In this document: piece after piece, positions 16,826-25,162 of the stretch | Layout: each line of letters begins with the position of its first letter | Numbering within the stretch: position 1 is the stretch's first letter | Source of the DNA: Actinomycetota bacterium | Lineage (GTDB): Bacteria; Actinomycetota; Actinomycetes; BP-191 | Reading direction: 5' to 3' | NCBI GenBank assembly: GCA_040005895.1 | Contig: JBDTYE010000001.1 | Location: 1 to 36,421, forward strand | Length of the DNA stretch: 36,421 nt | Program-made: the position numbers and the translations under genes | Notes under the pieces: generated by a model | What the model saw: only the letters and a program-made list of their open reading frames with translations | What the model was told of the DNA's origin: nothing | Database searches by the model: none

Positions 16826-17443
16826 ATGCCAGCCGTACAGTGCCCGAACTGTGACAGCCACGACATAGATGCGGTCGGCAAGACGCCCGCCGGCGACCTG
16901 CAACTCAAATGCGACGATTGCGGCACGGAGTGGACTCGCACCCCGAATCGTCCCTGCCCGAAGTGCGCCGCAATCGACGTCACGCACACCGACGCGGCTG
17001 GCTACCTGTGCCGCGGCTGCGGGCACAGCTGGCGTGACATCCCGATGGCGCCGCCGGAGCCGGTGCCGGTCAAGGCGACGCGCGCGCGAGCCGTCAAGTC
17101 CACCGCGGCCAAGTCGGCCGCCACGGTCGCCACCGTCGCGGCGACTGAAGCTGGGCGACCGGTCTTGGGCGGTGCGGCGCACCGGGTCGGCGCGGTTTGG
17201 GAAAAACTCGAAACGCATGCCGGCGAGCCGTTCACGCTCAAGAGCGGCCAGCAGTTCAGCTACCAGGTGAGCGCTGACGTGCTGATGCCCACAAGCGCCA
17301 ACTGGGACGTGCCCAAGGGCGAGTTCGCCGAGGCCTTACGCCGGATGCCCATTGCCGGTCCGGCGCAATTGAAGGACCTGCAGGCGGCGGCGTTCATCTT
17401 CGCTCTGCTGCAGGACGTGCGGATCGCTCCGGCCTGGCAGTAA
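16826..17443 (+). CDS. Hypothetical protein with two N-terminal CxxC...CxxC zinc ribbons
   Basis: 205 aa. Contains CPNCDSH..(17)..CDDCG and CPKCAA..(13)..CRGCG, then an Ala/Thr-rich linker and a C-terminal domain I do not recognise (FTLKSGQQFSYQVSADVL...). AGGAG lies 7 nt upstream of the ATG. The gene is divergent from hrpA across a 54-bp gap. Confidence 0.6.
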   Translation: MPAVQCPNCDSHDIDAVGKTPAGDLQLKCDDCGTEWTRTPNRPCPKCAAIDVTHTDAAGYLCRGCGHSWRDIPMAPPEPVPVKATRARAVKSTAAKSAATVATVAATEAGRPVLGGAAHRVGAVWEKLETHAGEPFTLKSGQQFSYQVSADVLMPTSANWDVPKGEFAEALRRMPIAGPAQLKDLQAAAFIFALLQDVRIAPAWQ

Positions 17444-17550
17444 AGCCGGGCCATCACTTCACGGCTACTGCGCCCGGCGGCCCTGGGAAGAGCTGACGCG
17501 ACGCGGATGTTCTGTGTGGCGTCGGTCAACCGAACAGCAGGAGGCAATCC

Positions 17551-18054
17551 GTGCCCATCACCGGTATCAACCACGCTGTCCTCTACGTGCGCGATGTTCA
17601 GACGAGCGCGGCCTTCTACACCGAGGTGCTCGGCTTTCGGGTCATCCCGATGACACCGGCCGGATTCCGCGGCGCTGTCTTCCTGCAGGCCGCTGCGTCG
17701 ACGAATGACCACGACCTCGGGTTGTTCGAGATCGGAGCCGCGGCGGGCCCGTCCGGTGCCGGTCGCTCGACAGTGGGGCTGTACCACCTGGCCTGGGAGG
17801 TCGACACTCTGGCCGAACTCGAGCGGCTGCAGGGTGTGCTGGCCGCCCGCGGCGCCCTGGTTGGCGCCAGTGACCACGGCACGACGAAGAGCTTGTACGG
17901 CAAGGATCCGGACGGTCTCGAGTTCGAGATCGCCTGGCTGGTCCCCGCGTCGTACATCGATGCCGACACGACCGAGGCCCGCCGGCGTATCGGCCACCTG
18001 GATCTCGAGCGCGAGAAGGAGCGGTACGGCGCTACGACGGCGGGCGGCGTCTGA
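17551..18054 (+). CDS. VOC family protein (glyoxalase/extradiol dioxygenase-like)
   Basis: 167 aa, GTG start preceded by GGAGG. Contains ITGINHAVLYVRDVQTSAAFYTEVLGF...LYHLAWEV...DPDGLEFEI, a typical VOC fold signature. Confidence 0.85.
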   Translation: MPITGINHAVLYVRDVQTSAAFYTEVLGFRVIPMTPAGFRGAVFLQAAASTNDHDLGLFEIGAAAGPSGAGRSTVGLYHLAWEVDTLAELERLQGVLAARGALVGASDHGTTKSLYGKDPDGLEFEIAWLVPASYIDADTTEARRRIGHLDLEREKERYGATTAGGV

Positions 18055-18145
18055 CGCGCCCACATGGGTGCCCTCGTCAAGCAGTGCGCGATATCCGCCG
18101 ATAGGCAGACGTCTGCTCAGACCACCACTCGAGACGAGGATTCCG

Positions 18146-18808
18146 GTGCTTACGGCCGTAGCCGGATTGTTCGCGCTGATCACCTGTGTCGTGATCGGAC
18201 ACTGGTACCTGACGCGCGTCGACGAACTCGGGCGGCAGGTCGCATTTCCGAAGTTGTGGGTCGCGCTCCTGGTCGTCCTCAGCCTCTTCGCGGCGACCCC
18301 GGGCGTGCTTCGGGCCAGGCTGGAAAACCGCCTGAGCGGCGTTGCCTCGACCCTCTCCGGACGGCGAGTGCGGGTGCGATGCCAGGCATTCGGCGCCGCG
18401 TTCGTCGACGCCGGCGGTGAGCTGGGCTACGTGAAGTGGAAGCAGGATGGCACGCCAGTGAGCTGGACGCTGATCAAGCGAAATCAGTGCAACGACCTGT
18501 CCGGCTATCTCGACTCAGGTAAGCACGATACGAACTTCAAGCGAATGCTCGCGGTGCACATCCTGACGCACGAGTCGATGCACCTGGCATCGATCACGAA
18601 CGAGGCGGCCGCCGAATGTGCTGCCGTGCAGCGGGATGCCCGGACCGCACGGCTGCTCGGAGCATCCGCGGTCGATGCGCGGGCACTGGCCGCGCAGTAC
18701 TACGCGACGGTTTATCCGCGGATGCCGGATGCCTACCGATCCGCGGACTGTAAGGCGGGCGGCGTACTCGACGAAGGACTTGAGGACGCGCCGTGGTTGG
18801 CGGCCTAA
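18146..18808 (+). CDS. Hypothetical membrane protein with HExxH motif
   Basis: C-terminal 220 codons of the 17705..18808 ORF, starting at the GTG at 18146. Two N-terminal TM helices, VLTAVAGLFALITCVVIGHWY and LWVALLVVLSLFAATPGVL, then a Cys-containing domain with ILTHESMHLASI. The start is uncertain. Confidence 0.5.
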   Translation: MLTAVAGLFALITCVVIGHWYLTRVDELGRQVAFPKLWVALLVVLSLFAATPGVLRARLENRLSGVASTLSGRRVRVRCQAFGAAFVDAGGELGYVKWKQDGTPVSWTLIKRNQCNDLSGYLDSGKHDTNFKRMLAVHILTHESMHLASITNEAAAECAAVQRDARTARLLGASAVDARALAAQYYATVYPRMPDAYRSADCKAGGVLDEGLEDAPWLAA

Positions 18809-18873
18809 CGGCTTGCTAGTGGTCGGAACCGCTCGACCAGCTCATTTTCATGTACGTCCGACACCTTGCGGGG

Positions 18874-19695
18874 TCAACGGGTCCGGATGCGGGCGGCGTA
18901 CCGGCCGTCTCTGCGGTCGATCGTCACCGGCACCCCGAAGCAATCAGAGACAGCAGAATCGGTCAGGACGTCGTCGATGCGGCCCGCGGCGCGCAGCCGC
19001 CCGGCCCGCAGCAGCATGGCGTGCGTGAAGCCGATAGGCACGTCCTCCACGTGGTGCGTGATGAGAACGGTCGCAGGCGCGGCGCGGTCCGCGGCAACGT
19101 CGGCGAGCAGGGCGACGAGTTCCTCGCGCGCCCCGAGGTCGAGGCCGGTGGCCGGCTCGTCGAGCAGCAGCAGCTCCGGATCCGTCATGACAGCGCGCGC
19201 GAGCTGGACCCGCTTGCGCTCGCCTTCGGAGAGGGTGCCGTAGGTGCGGCCGGCGAGTCCGCGGGCGGCAAACGCGTCGAGCACGTCCAAGGCGCGCTCG
19301 TCGTCCATCTCGTCGTACACCTCATGGCCGCGCCGGGTGATGCCATAGCCCGCGATGCGTACGACGTCGAGCGCGGTCGCGTCCGGCTCGAACTGCTCGT
19401 GCGCCAGCAGGCTGACCAGGCCGATTCGGGAGCGCAGGTCGGCTAGCTCCTCGTCATCCTCGCGGCCGCCGGCGCGGACCCGCTCACCGAGCAGGTCGAC
19501 GATTCCGCGCATCGGCGCGAGCCGCGCGCCCGCCACTTCGAGCAGTGTCGTCTTGCCGGCGCCGTTGGGACCGAGGACCACCCAGCGCTCGCCCTCGCGG
19601 ACCGTCCAGGTGATGTGGTCGAGGATCCGGTTGCCGCCGCGCACGACGGTGACGTTGTCGAACCGCACCAACGGGGCGCGCGTCTGCCGATCCAA
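18874..19695 (-). CDS. ABC transporter ATP-binding protein (no adjacent permease)
   Basis: 273 aa. Walker A GPNGAGKTTLL, signature LSEGERKRV, Walker B LLLLDEP, H-loop ITHH. Confidence 0.9.
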   Translation of the reverse strand: MDRQTRAPLVRFDNVTVVRGGNRILDHITWTVREGERWVVLGPNGAGKTTLLEVAGARLAPMRGIVDLLGERVRAGGREDDEELADLRSRIGLVSLLAHEQFEPDATALDVVRIAGYGITRRGHEVYDEMDDERALDVLDAFAARGLAGRTYGTLSEGERKRVQLARAVMTDPELLLLDEPATGLDLGAREELVALLADVAADRAAPATVLITHHVEDVPIGFTHAMLLRAGRLRAAGRIDDVLTDSAVSDCFGVPVTIDRRDGRYAARIRTR

Positions 19696-19785
19696 CCTGC
19701 CAGCTGCTCCCGTCGTGGCCCCGCCGTCGGAGCAGACCCTACCCGGCTGCGTGAGCCGCTTCCGGCAGGCTGCCTCTGCCGGCTT

Positions 19786-20349
19786 TCAGCGGCCGCGGCC
19801 GAACGCGGCGAGGAGTCGCGTCTGCGCGTCGGCGTCCTCAGGTACCGTCGGCCGCGGGCCGATCGCGCCGCCGCCCCGGTACATCTCCTCCCGCTCGCTG
19901 AACCATTCGGCACAGGCCGCGACGAGTTCCGGATCCAACGTGTCGTCGGCCCCGATGGCGGTCGCCAGATCCCAGCCGTGGACCAGGTGGTCGGCGAACA
20001 GCTGGAGGGCGTATTCACTGCCTGGTGTGTCGCCGAAGGACAGGTGGACCGTACTTTCCATGGCGCCGGGCTCGCTCGCCGCCGCGGCGGCGGCACGGGC
20101 CGAGTCGGCGACGGCGGCCCTGGGATCAGCGCCGAGCAGGTCGCCGTCGAACTGGTCCCCGACCTGCTCGATGGTCTGCCCGGCGAACAGCGGCGGCGTC
20201 CAGCGTTCCTCGCCGACGACGTGGTTGACCAACGCCCGGACGTCCCAGTCGGCGCACGGTGTCTGTGTAGACCACTGGTCATCACGGACCGAACTCGCGA
20301 CACCAGCGAAGTACTCGATCGCCCTGCGATGCAGGTCTGCGACGTCCAT
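19786..20349 (-). CDS. DinB/MDMPI-like metal-binding protein (TIGR03086-type)
   Basis: 187 aa. The pattern W..QTPCADWDVRALVNHVVGE...FADHLVHGWDLATAIG is typical of the mycothiol maleylpyruvate isomerase N-terminal-like family. Confidence 0.75.
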   Translation of the reverse strand: MDVADLHRRAIEYFAGVASSVRDDQWSTQTPCADWDVRALVNHVVGEERWTPPLFAGQTIEQVGDQFDGDLLGADPRAAVADSARAAAAAASEPGAMESTVHLSFGDTPGSEYALQLFADHLVHGWDLATAIGADDTLDPELVAACAEWFSEREEMYRGGGAIGPRPTVPEDADAQTRLLAAFGRGR

Positions 20350-20496
20350 GACGGGTCCTCCCGGCTGCGCGGCCTCTGAAATTGACTGGGCACATCGTCG
20401 TACGCCGGACGGGTTTCGTCACGCAGTTGAGGATTGACCGCGCGAGCCGTCGGCGTACGGTGGAATCACCCGATTTTCGGCCGTGAGGGAGCTGTC

Positions 20497-20886
20497 ATGG
20501 ACGCTTTCATCGTGGAACTCAAGAACCAGCCTGGGACTTTCGGGAAGGTGGCTGACGCGATCGCCGCCCGAGGGGTCAACGTCATGTGCGCGGGGGCGGC
20601 CTTCGCGGACTTCGGGATCGCGACGTACGTCGCGGACGACAGCGCCGGCCTGCGCTCCGGACTCGAGGACTGCGGCGCCGACTTCCGCTCGGTTCCCGCA
20701 ATAAAGGTGAGAGTCGACAACCGGCCCGGTTCGGGGGCGGAGCTCGCCCGGATATTGTCGGACGCAGGCGTCAACCTCGACGTGTTCATGCCGATCGAGA
20801 TCTCCGCGGACAAGGCCGTTGTGGCAATCGGCTGCGAGAAGATCGATCGCGCGCGCACCGCGCTCGGGGACCGAGTTATCGCCTAG
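20497..20886 (+). CDS. ACT domain-containing protein
   Basis: 129 aa from the ATG at 20497, with GAGGGAG upstream. Two ACT-like repeats: FIVELKNQPGTFGKVADAIAARGVNV and VRVDNRPGSGAELARILSDAGVNL. Confidence 0.7.
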   Translation: MDAFIVELKNQPGTFGKVADAIAARGVNVMCAGAAFADFGIATYVADDSAGLRSGLEDCGADFRSVPAIKVRVDNRPGSGAELARILSDAGVNLDVFMPIEISADKAVVAIGCEKIDRARTALGDRVIA

Positions 20887-21043
20887 GCGGTCCCCGATGG
20901 GGCGGTGGCAGTAACCGCGCTGTCCGCTGACCCGCCGCTCGATCACAGGCTCTTCTCGCCTGCAATCGAGCAATAGACCTGTCGCCCCGACGGCACTGCA
21001 GGCCGCTGGCGTGTCTGCTGTGTGTCACGGCGCCTGGAGATGG

Positions 21044-21072
21044 CCGGTGACCATGTCATTTGTGGTCACCGG
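21044..21072. promoter_or_regulatory. Perfect 10-bp inverted repeat CCGGTGACCA-N9-TGGTCACCGG in the flp upstream region
   Basis: Read directly. It lies 172 nt upstream of the flp-1 ATG and 158 nt downstream of the ACT gene stop. It could be an operator or a terminator hairpin. Confidence 0.35.
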
Positions 21073-21174
21073 TTCGACTAAACGGAGGACGACCGTCATG
21101 GCCGCGCGTTTTCGATAGTCCGGCCTTTCGACCGGTTACAGACCGGTGCTCGCGCCCCGATAGTTGGCCCCGGC

Positions 21175-21186
21175 CGGCAATTGCCG
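21175..21186. promoter_or_regulatory. 12-bp perfect palindrome CGGCAATTGCCG, 58 nt upstream of flp-1
   Basis: Read directly. It is AT-centred in a GC-rich leader, which makes it a candidate operator. Confidence 0.3.
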
Positions 21187-21243
21187 ATCTTCCTATCTCT
21201 GGCCCCTCAACGGGCGCGGATCATCCTCCGAAAGGGGAGCACC

Positions 21244-21414
21244 ATGCTGGAGCTCATCGTCAAGTTGCAGAACCGTATGGCGAACGAAGACGGCGCGACC
21301 GCCGTTGAGTACGGCATGCTCGTCGCACTGATCGCCGCCGTCATCGTCGGTACCGTCGCCGCTCTCGGCACCCAGATCAACGGTGCTTTCCAGACGATCG
21401 TCACGGCTCTGTAG
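21244..21414 (+). CDS. flp: Flp family type IVb pilin (copy 1)
   Basis: 56 aa, MLELIVKLQNRMANEDG/ATAVEYGMLVALIAAVIVGTVAAL. It has the canonical Flp G/ATAVEY processing motif and hydrophobic helix. GGGGAG lies upstream. Confidence 0.9.
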   Translation: MLELIVKLQNRMANEDGATAVEYGMLVALIAAVIVGTVAALGTQINGAFQTIVTAL

Positions 21415-21488
21415 TTCGCGCAATCAGGATGTCGCAGCGCCCGCAGTTTTCTTGTGGGCGCTGCGACTACTTACAGACAAGGGCTGCC

Positions 21489-21647
21489 ATGCGCGGGTTT
21501 GGTGCATTCCGAAACGTTGACGACCGCGACTCCGGTGCGACGGCGGTCGAATACGCATTGCTGGTGGCGTTCATTGCTACCACTATCGTCGGTGCCGTTG
21601 GCGCGCTCGGCGTAGTGCTCGGCCCGATGTTCGCGATCACGTGGTAG
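21489..21647 (+). CDS. flp: Flp family type IVb pilin (copy 2, divergent)
   Basis: 52 aa, MRGFGAFRNVDDRDSG/ATAVEYALLVAFIATTIVGAVGAL. It has the Flp motif but its C-terminus differs from copy 1. Confidence 0.85.
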   Translation: MRGFGAFRNVDDRDSGATAVEYALLVAFIATTIVGAVGALGVVLGPMFAITW

Positions 21648-21657
21648 GTGCTGAGCG

Positions 21658-22059
21658 ATGTTTCGGTCACTGAGGACACGGCGCATTCGAGACGATGCGG
21701 GAGCGTCCGCCGTCGAGATGGCGATCCTGCTCCCCGTGTTGATGGCCATCCTCTTCGGCGTCCTGGAGTACGGCGCCTATTTCTTCAACCGTATGACGCT
21801 GTCGCAGTCGGCCCGGGAGGGTGTCCGCCTGCTCGCCCTCGGCTCCACCTCGGCCAGCGCGCAGACGCGAGCGACGTCGGCCGCCGCCCCTCTCACGGGA
21901 GTGACCTTCCCGACCACGACCATCTGCCCGGTCGGCGCAGCCTTGACCGCGAACGCGACTCTTGCGGTCCGCCGGACGGTCAATTTCCCGTTCCCGCTGC
22001 CGGGCCTGACCACTTCGACAGTCATTACAGAGACGGCGGTGATGAGATGCGGCGTGTAG
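21658..22059 (+). CDS. tadE: TadE-like pseudopilin
   Basis: 133 aa. The N-terminus DDAGASAVEMAILLPVLMAILFGVLEYG is a TadE/TadF-type N-terminus. Confidence 0.85.
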   Translation: MFRSLRTRRIRDDAGASAVEMAILLPVLMAILFGVLEYGAYFFNRMTLSQSAREGVRLLALGSTSASAQTRATSAAAPLTGVTFPTTTICPVGAALTANATLAVRRTVNFPFPLPGLTTSTVITETAVMRCGV

Positions 22060-23102
22060 TTGGTGACGACAGCGGTGCGGTTGCGATATTCGTGGCAATC
22101 ATGGCCTTCGTCCTCATCGGGTCGTTGGCACTCGCCGTAGACGTCGGCGGTCGGTATCAGGAACGCCGCCAGATGCAGAATGCAGCGGACGCTGGTTCGC
22201 TGGGAGTGGCCAAGGACTGCGCTACGAAGGCTACCTGCCCCGTCGCCCCCGCCACGACTACCGCGAACGGCTACCGGTCGAGCAACACGACGGTCAGCAA
22301 CTCGTCTATCACGCGGGTATGCGGTCCGGCGGCCACGACGTTGCCGGCTTGTCCAGCGAACCAAGGGCCGTGGGACTGTCCGTTATTGCCGGGCGGCGCT
22401 CTTGCGACCGCGCCCTACGTCCAGGTGGAGACAAAGGCCTGGGCCCCGCCGCTGTTCGCTGGCGTATTCGGTAACACCGGAAACTGGGTCCGTTCGTGCG
22501 CTCGTGCGTCCTGGGGCAGCCCGGGCAGCCTCTCAGCCGCTTTGCCGATCACGCTGTCGAAGTGCGAGTTCGACAATGCCTTGCCACTGAAGGCGTTGCC
22601 GATTCCGCCGTACCCCGGCCCGTCCACGGTGATCTACCTGCACGATCCGGATCCAACGCACGTGTGCAAGGACAGCAGGAGTGGTGCGGATCTTCCCGGC
22701 GGATTCGGCTACCTGAGTACGTCGACGTGTACGTCCGTCATCAGTGACCTGCTGGGTTGGTTCGACGACAAGACGGGCAACTCGCCGCCGTCGTCGTGCT
22801 CCAATGCGATCTTCAGTGCGCTCGTCGGCACGACGATTCAGCTTCCGATCTTCAACGATCTGAACGGATCCCCGGGCACGAACGGGGCTTATCGGATGTA
22901 CGGCTACGCGTCGTTCGTCCTCACGGGTTACCAGCTCGGCGGACAGTACAAGCAGAAGGACGCCTCGCGCGGCAACGCCTTTCCTTGCTCGAATCCACAG
23001 AACTGCATCAGCGGTTTCTTCGTCAGCAACCCGGTGCCCACCCAAGGAACCATCGGTGGACCCCCGGGCACGGGCGTTGCCGTCGTCCAATCCAGCGGCT
23101 GA
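22047..23102 (+). CDS. TadG-related pilus assembly protein (Tad_N/TadE-G-like N-terminus)
   Basis: 351 aa from the ATG at 22047. Contains GDDSGAVAIFVAIMAFVLIGSLALAVDVG...QMQNAADAGSL and a Cys-rich C-terminal domain with LPGGFGYL. Overlaps tadE by 13 nt. Confidence 0.75.
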   Translation: MRRVVGDDSGAVAIFVAIMAFVLIGSLALAVDVGGRYQERRQMQNAADAGSLGVAKDCATKATCPVAPATTTANGYRSSNTTVSNSSITRVCGPAATTLPACPANQGPWDCPLLPGGALATAPYVQVETKAWAPPLFAGVFGNTGNWVRSCARASWGSPGSLSAALPITLSKCEFDNALPLKALPIPPYPGPSTVIYLHDPDPTHVCKDSRSGADLPGGFGYLSTSTCTSVISDLLGWFDDKTGNSPPSSCSNAIFSALVGTTIQLPIFNDLNGSPGTNGAYRMYGYASFVLTGYQLGGQYKQKDASRGNAFPCSNPQNCISGFFVSNPVPTQGTIGGPPGTGVAVVQSSG

Positions 23103-23129
23103 TACGCCGAAACGAGGGGAAGATTTCAC

Positions 23130-23978
23130 GTGACGCGAAGGATTGTCCTTTTCATTGTTGCTTTGTTGCTTGCGACGCTCGGCATGCTCGCCGTGCTCGT
23201 TTATGTACGCGACGCGGACTCGCGTGCCGTCGCTGCTAACTCACCGGTCACGGTCGTCGTGGCGAAGAGCGAGATTGCTGAAGGCACAACCGTCGAGGAG
23301 GCGTTGAGTAAAGGCGATCTCGCGACGCAGGAGTTCGCGGCCTCAGCCGTGCCGTCGGAGGCGGCGAGGACAACATCTGAGTTCAGTGGGCAAGCGCTGA
23401 CGACAATTTACAAAGGCCAGATCGTCGCGCCGACCTTATTCGGTTCGCCCCCGGCCGCCCCTCTGAAGTTTCCGATTCCAGCCGGGAAGATGGCGCTGGC
23501 AATTCAGGTGAGCGATGCGCAGCACGTCGGACAGTTCCTGGAGCCGGGTGCACACGTAGCGGTCTTCGATACCTTCACCAGCAGCACCGGCGACAAGGGT
23601 CCGTGGACGCCGAGCGGTGACGGGCTCTCCCAGAATTTCGACAACAACCAGGCGACCCGGCTGCTGCTCGACCGGGTCGACGTCCTCGCCGTGGGCGCAA
23701 CCACCACCGTCGTCGCCCAGAACAGCAGCTCCCCTGACACCAGCTCCCCCGGAACCGGCTCGAAGGACAAGACGGCGTCCGACGCCGCTAAGAGCGCGGC
23801 TGCGACACCTGTCGCGACAACCTCGGTTCTGCTGACGCTTGCAGTCGATCAGGCGCAGGCTCAGAAGCTGATTCACGCCTCGCAGACCGGCAGTCTGTAC
23901 TTCACGTTGCTGTCGGACAGCTACACCCCGAAACCTGCTCCCGGAGTCGACAACCGCAACCTCTTCGACGGGAAGTAG
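23130..23978 (+). CDS. cpaB: Flp pilus assembly protein CpaB/RcpC (SAF domain)
   Basis: 282 aa, GTG start. Signal-anchor IVLFIVALLLATLGMLAVLVY, then VTVVVAKSEIAEGTTV (SAF-like), typical of CpaB. Confidence 0.85.
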   Translation: MTRRIVLFIVALLLATLGMLAVLVYVRDADSRAVAANSPVTVVVAKSEIAEGTTVEEALSKGDLATQEFAASAVPSEAARTTSEFSGQALTTIYKGQIVAPTLFGSPPAAPLKFPIPAGKMALAIQVSDAQHVGQFLEPGAHVAVFDTFTSSTGDKGPWTPSGDGLSQNFDNNQATRLLLDRVDVLAVGATTTVVAQNSSSPDTSSPGTGSKDKTASDAAKSAAATPVATTSVLLTLAVDQAQAQKLIHASQTGSLYFTLLSDSYTPKPAPGVDNRNLFDGK

Positions 23979-23980
23979 TC

Positions 23981-25162
23981 GTGACAATTCTCGTCGAAGC
24001 GAACCAGGAAACGGCCGGCTACCTGCGGTCGGCACTCGGTCCGGGAACCACCGTTGAAGGCATCACCTCCCTGCGCCGGACACTTGAGCATGCGCCCGAG
24101 GATGTGATCGTCTTCGGCCCGGAGACGGACTTCGATGCGGCGTGCGAGTTCGCTGCGGCGGAGCGGGTGGCCAACCCCACCCGCGGTGTGGTGCTCGTCC
24201 GGCGGCGGGTCGACACGGCAGTTCTGGCTCAGGCGATGCGAGCGGGCATCCGTGAGGTGGTTTCAGCCGACAATCTCCAGCAGGTGAACGAAGCGTGCCG
24301 GGCCGTCGCGAGTGTTTCGAATGAATTGCGAGCCGCGCAGCGACTGCCTGGAGTCGTCGACCCTGGCGCGGGCGCCGGACAGGTGATCACGGTCTTCTCC
24401 GCAAAAGGCGGTTCAGGCAAGACCACGATCTCGACCAACCTGGGTGCGGCATTGAATCTCCAGGGCAGCAAGGTCTGTGTCGTAGACATAGATCTCGGCT
24501 TCGGTGACGTCGCCATCTCCATGCAGTTGTTCCCCACCCGCACCGTCGCTGACGCGGTGGCGTTGACACACCTCGACCAGACGGCCGTGCAGTCGCTCGT
24601 CACGCGCTACCGCGACCAGCTGGACACGATCCTCGCTCCGGTCGAGCCGGGCATGTCGGAGAGTATTCCAGGGCAGACGATCGTCGGCCTGCTGCGGGTT
24701 CTGAAGACGATGTACGACTACGTCGTCATCGATACGCCGCCTGCGTTCACCGAGCATGTCCTGTCAGCCTTGGACGAAACGGACTGGCTGCTGCTACTCG
24801 CGACGCTCGACGTACCCGCACTGAAGAACCTCAAGCTCGCACTCGAGACGCTCGACATCTTGAACTACCCGGAATCCCAGCGCCTGCTCGTGCTGAACCG
24901 GGCCGACTCTCAAGTGGGCCTGAACATGGGGGATGTCCTGAAAATTCTCGGCACCCCAATCGCGCTGGAGGTGCCCTCGAGCCGGGCCGTGCCTGCATCG
25001 ATCAACCGCGGAGTCCCGCTCGTCTACGACCAGCCGAACCATCCGGTCAGCCAGGCGATACGCAGGTTCGCGAAAGCGCAGTTTCCCCGAGGACTTGCAC
25101 CCGCCATAGCCGGACACGGACGGCGTGGCTTTGCATTGCACCGTAAGGGGGGTGCCGCATGA
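23981..25162 (+). CDS. tadZ: TadZ/CpaE ParA/MinD-like ATPase with receiver-like N-domain
   Basis: 393 aa. Deviant Walker A VFSAKGGSGKTTISTNLG, then VDIDLGFGDV. The position between cpaB and cpaF fits. Confidence 0.9.
   Translation: MTILVEANQETAGYLRSALGPGTTVEGITSLRRTLEHAPEDVIVFGPETDFDAACEFAAAERVANPTRGVVLVRRRVDTAVLAQAMRAGIREVVSADNLQQVNEACRAVASVSNELRAAQRLPGVVDPGAGAGQVITVFSAKGGSGKTTISTNLGAALNLQGSKVCVVDIDLGFGDVAISMQLFPTRTVADAVALTHLDQTAVQSLVTRYRDQLDTILAPVEPGMSESIPGQTIVGLLRVLKTMYDYVVIDTPPAFTEHVLSALDETDWLLLLATLDVPALKNLKLALETLDILNYPESQRLLVLNRADSQVGLNMGDVLKILGTPIALEVPSSRAVPASINRGVPLVYDQPNHPVSQAIRRFAKAQFPRGLAPAIAGHGRRGFALHRKGGAA

Noticed and set aside
16772-17218. N-terminal 149-codon extension of the hrpA ORF (ORF track start at 17218)
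   Set aside because: The extension is Arg-rich and would overlap the divergent zinc-ribbon gene. The ATG at 16771 (MEMSAVTLAEEL) gives an HrpA of typical length.
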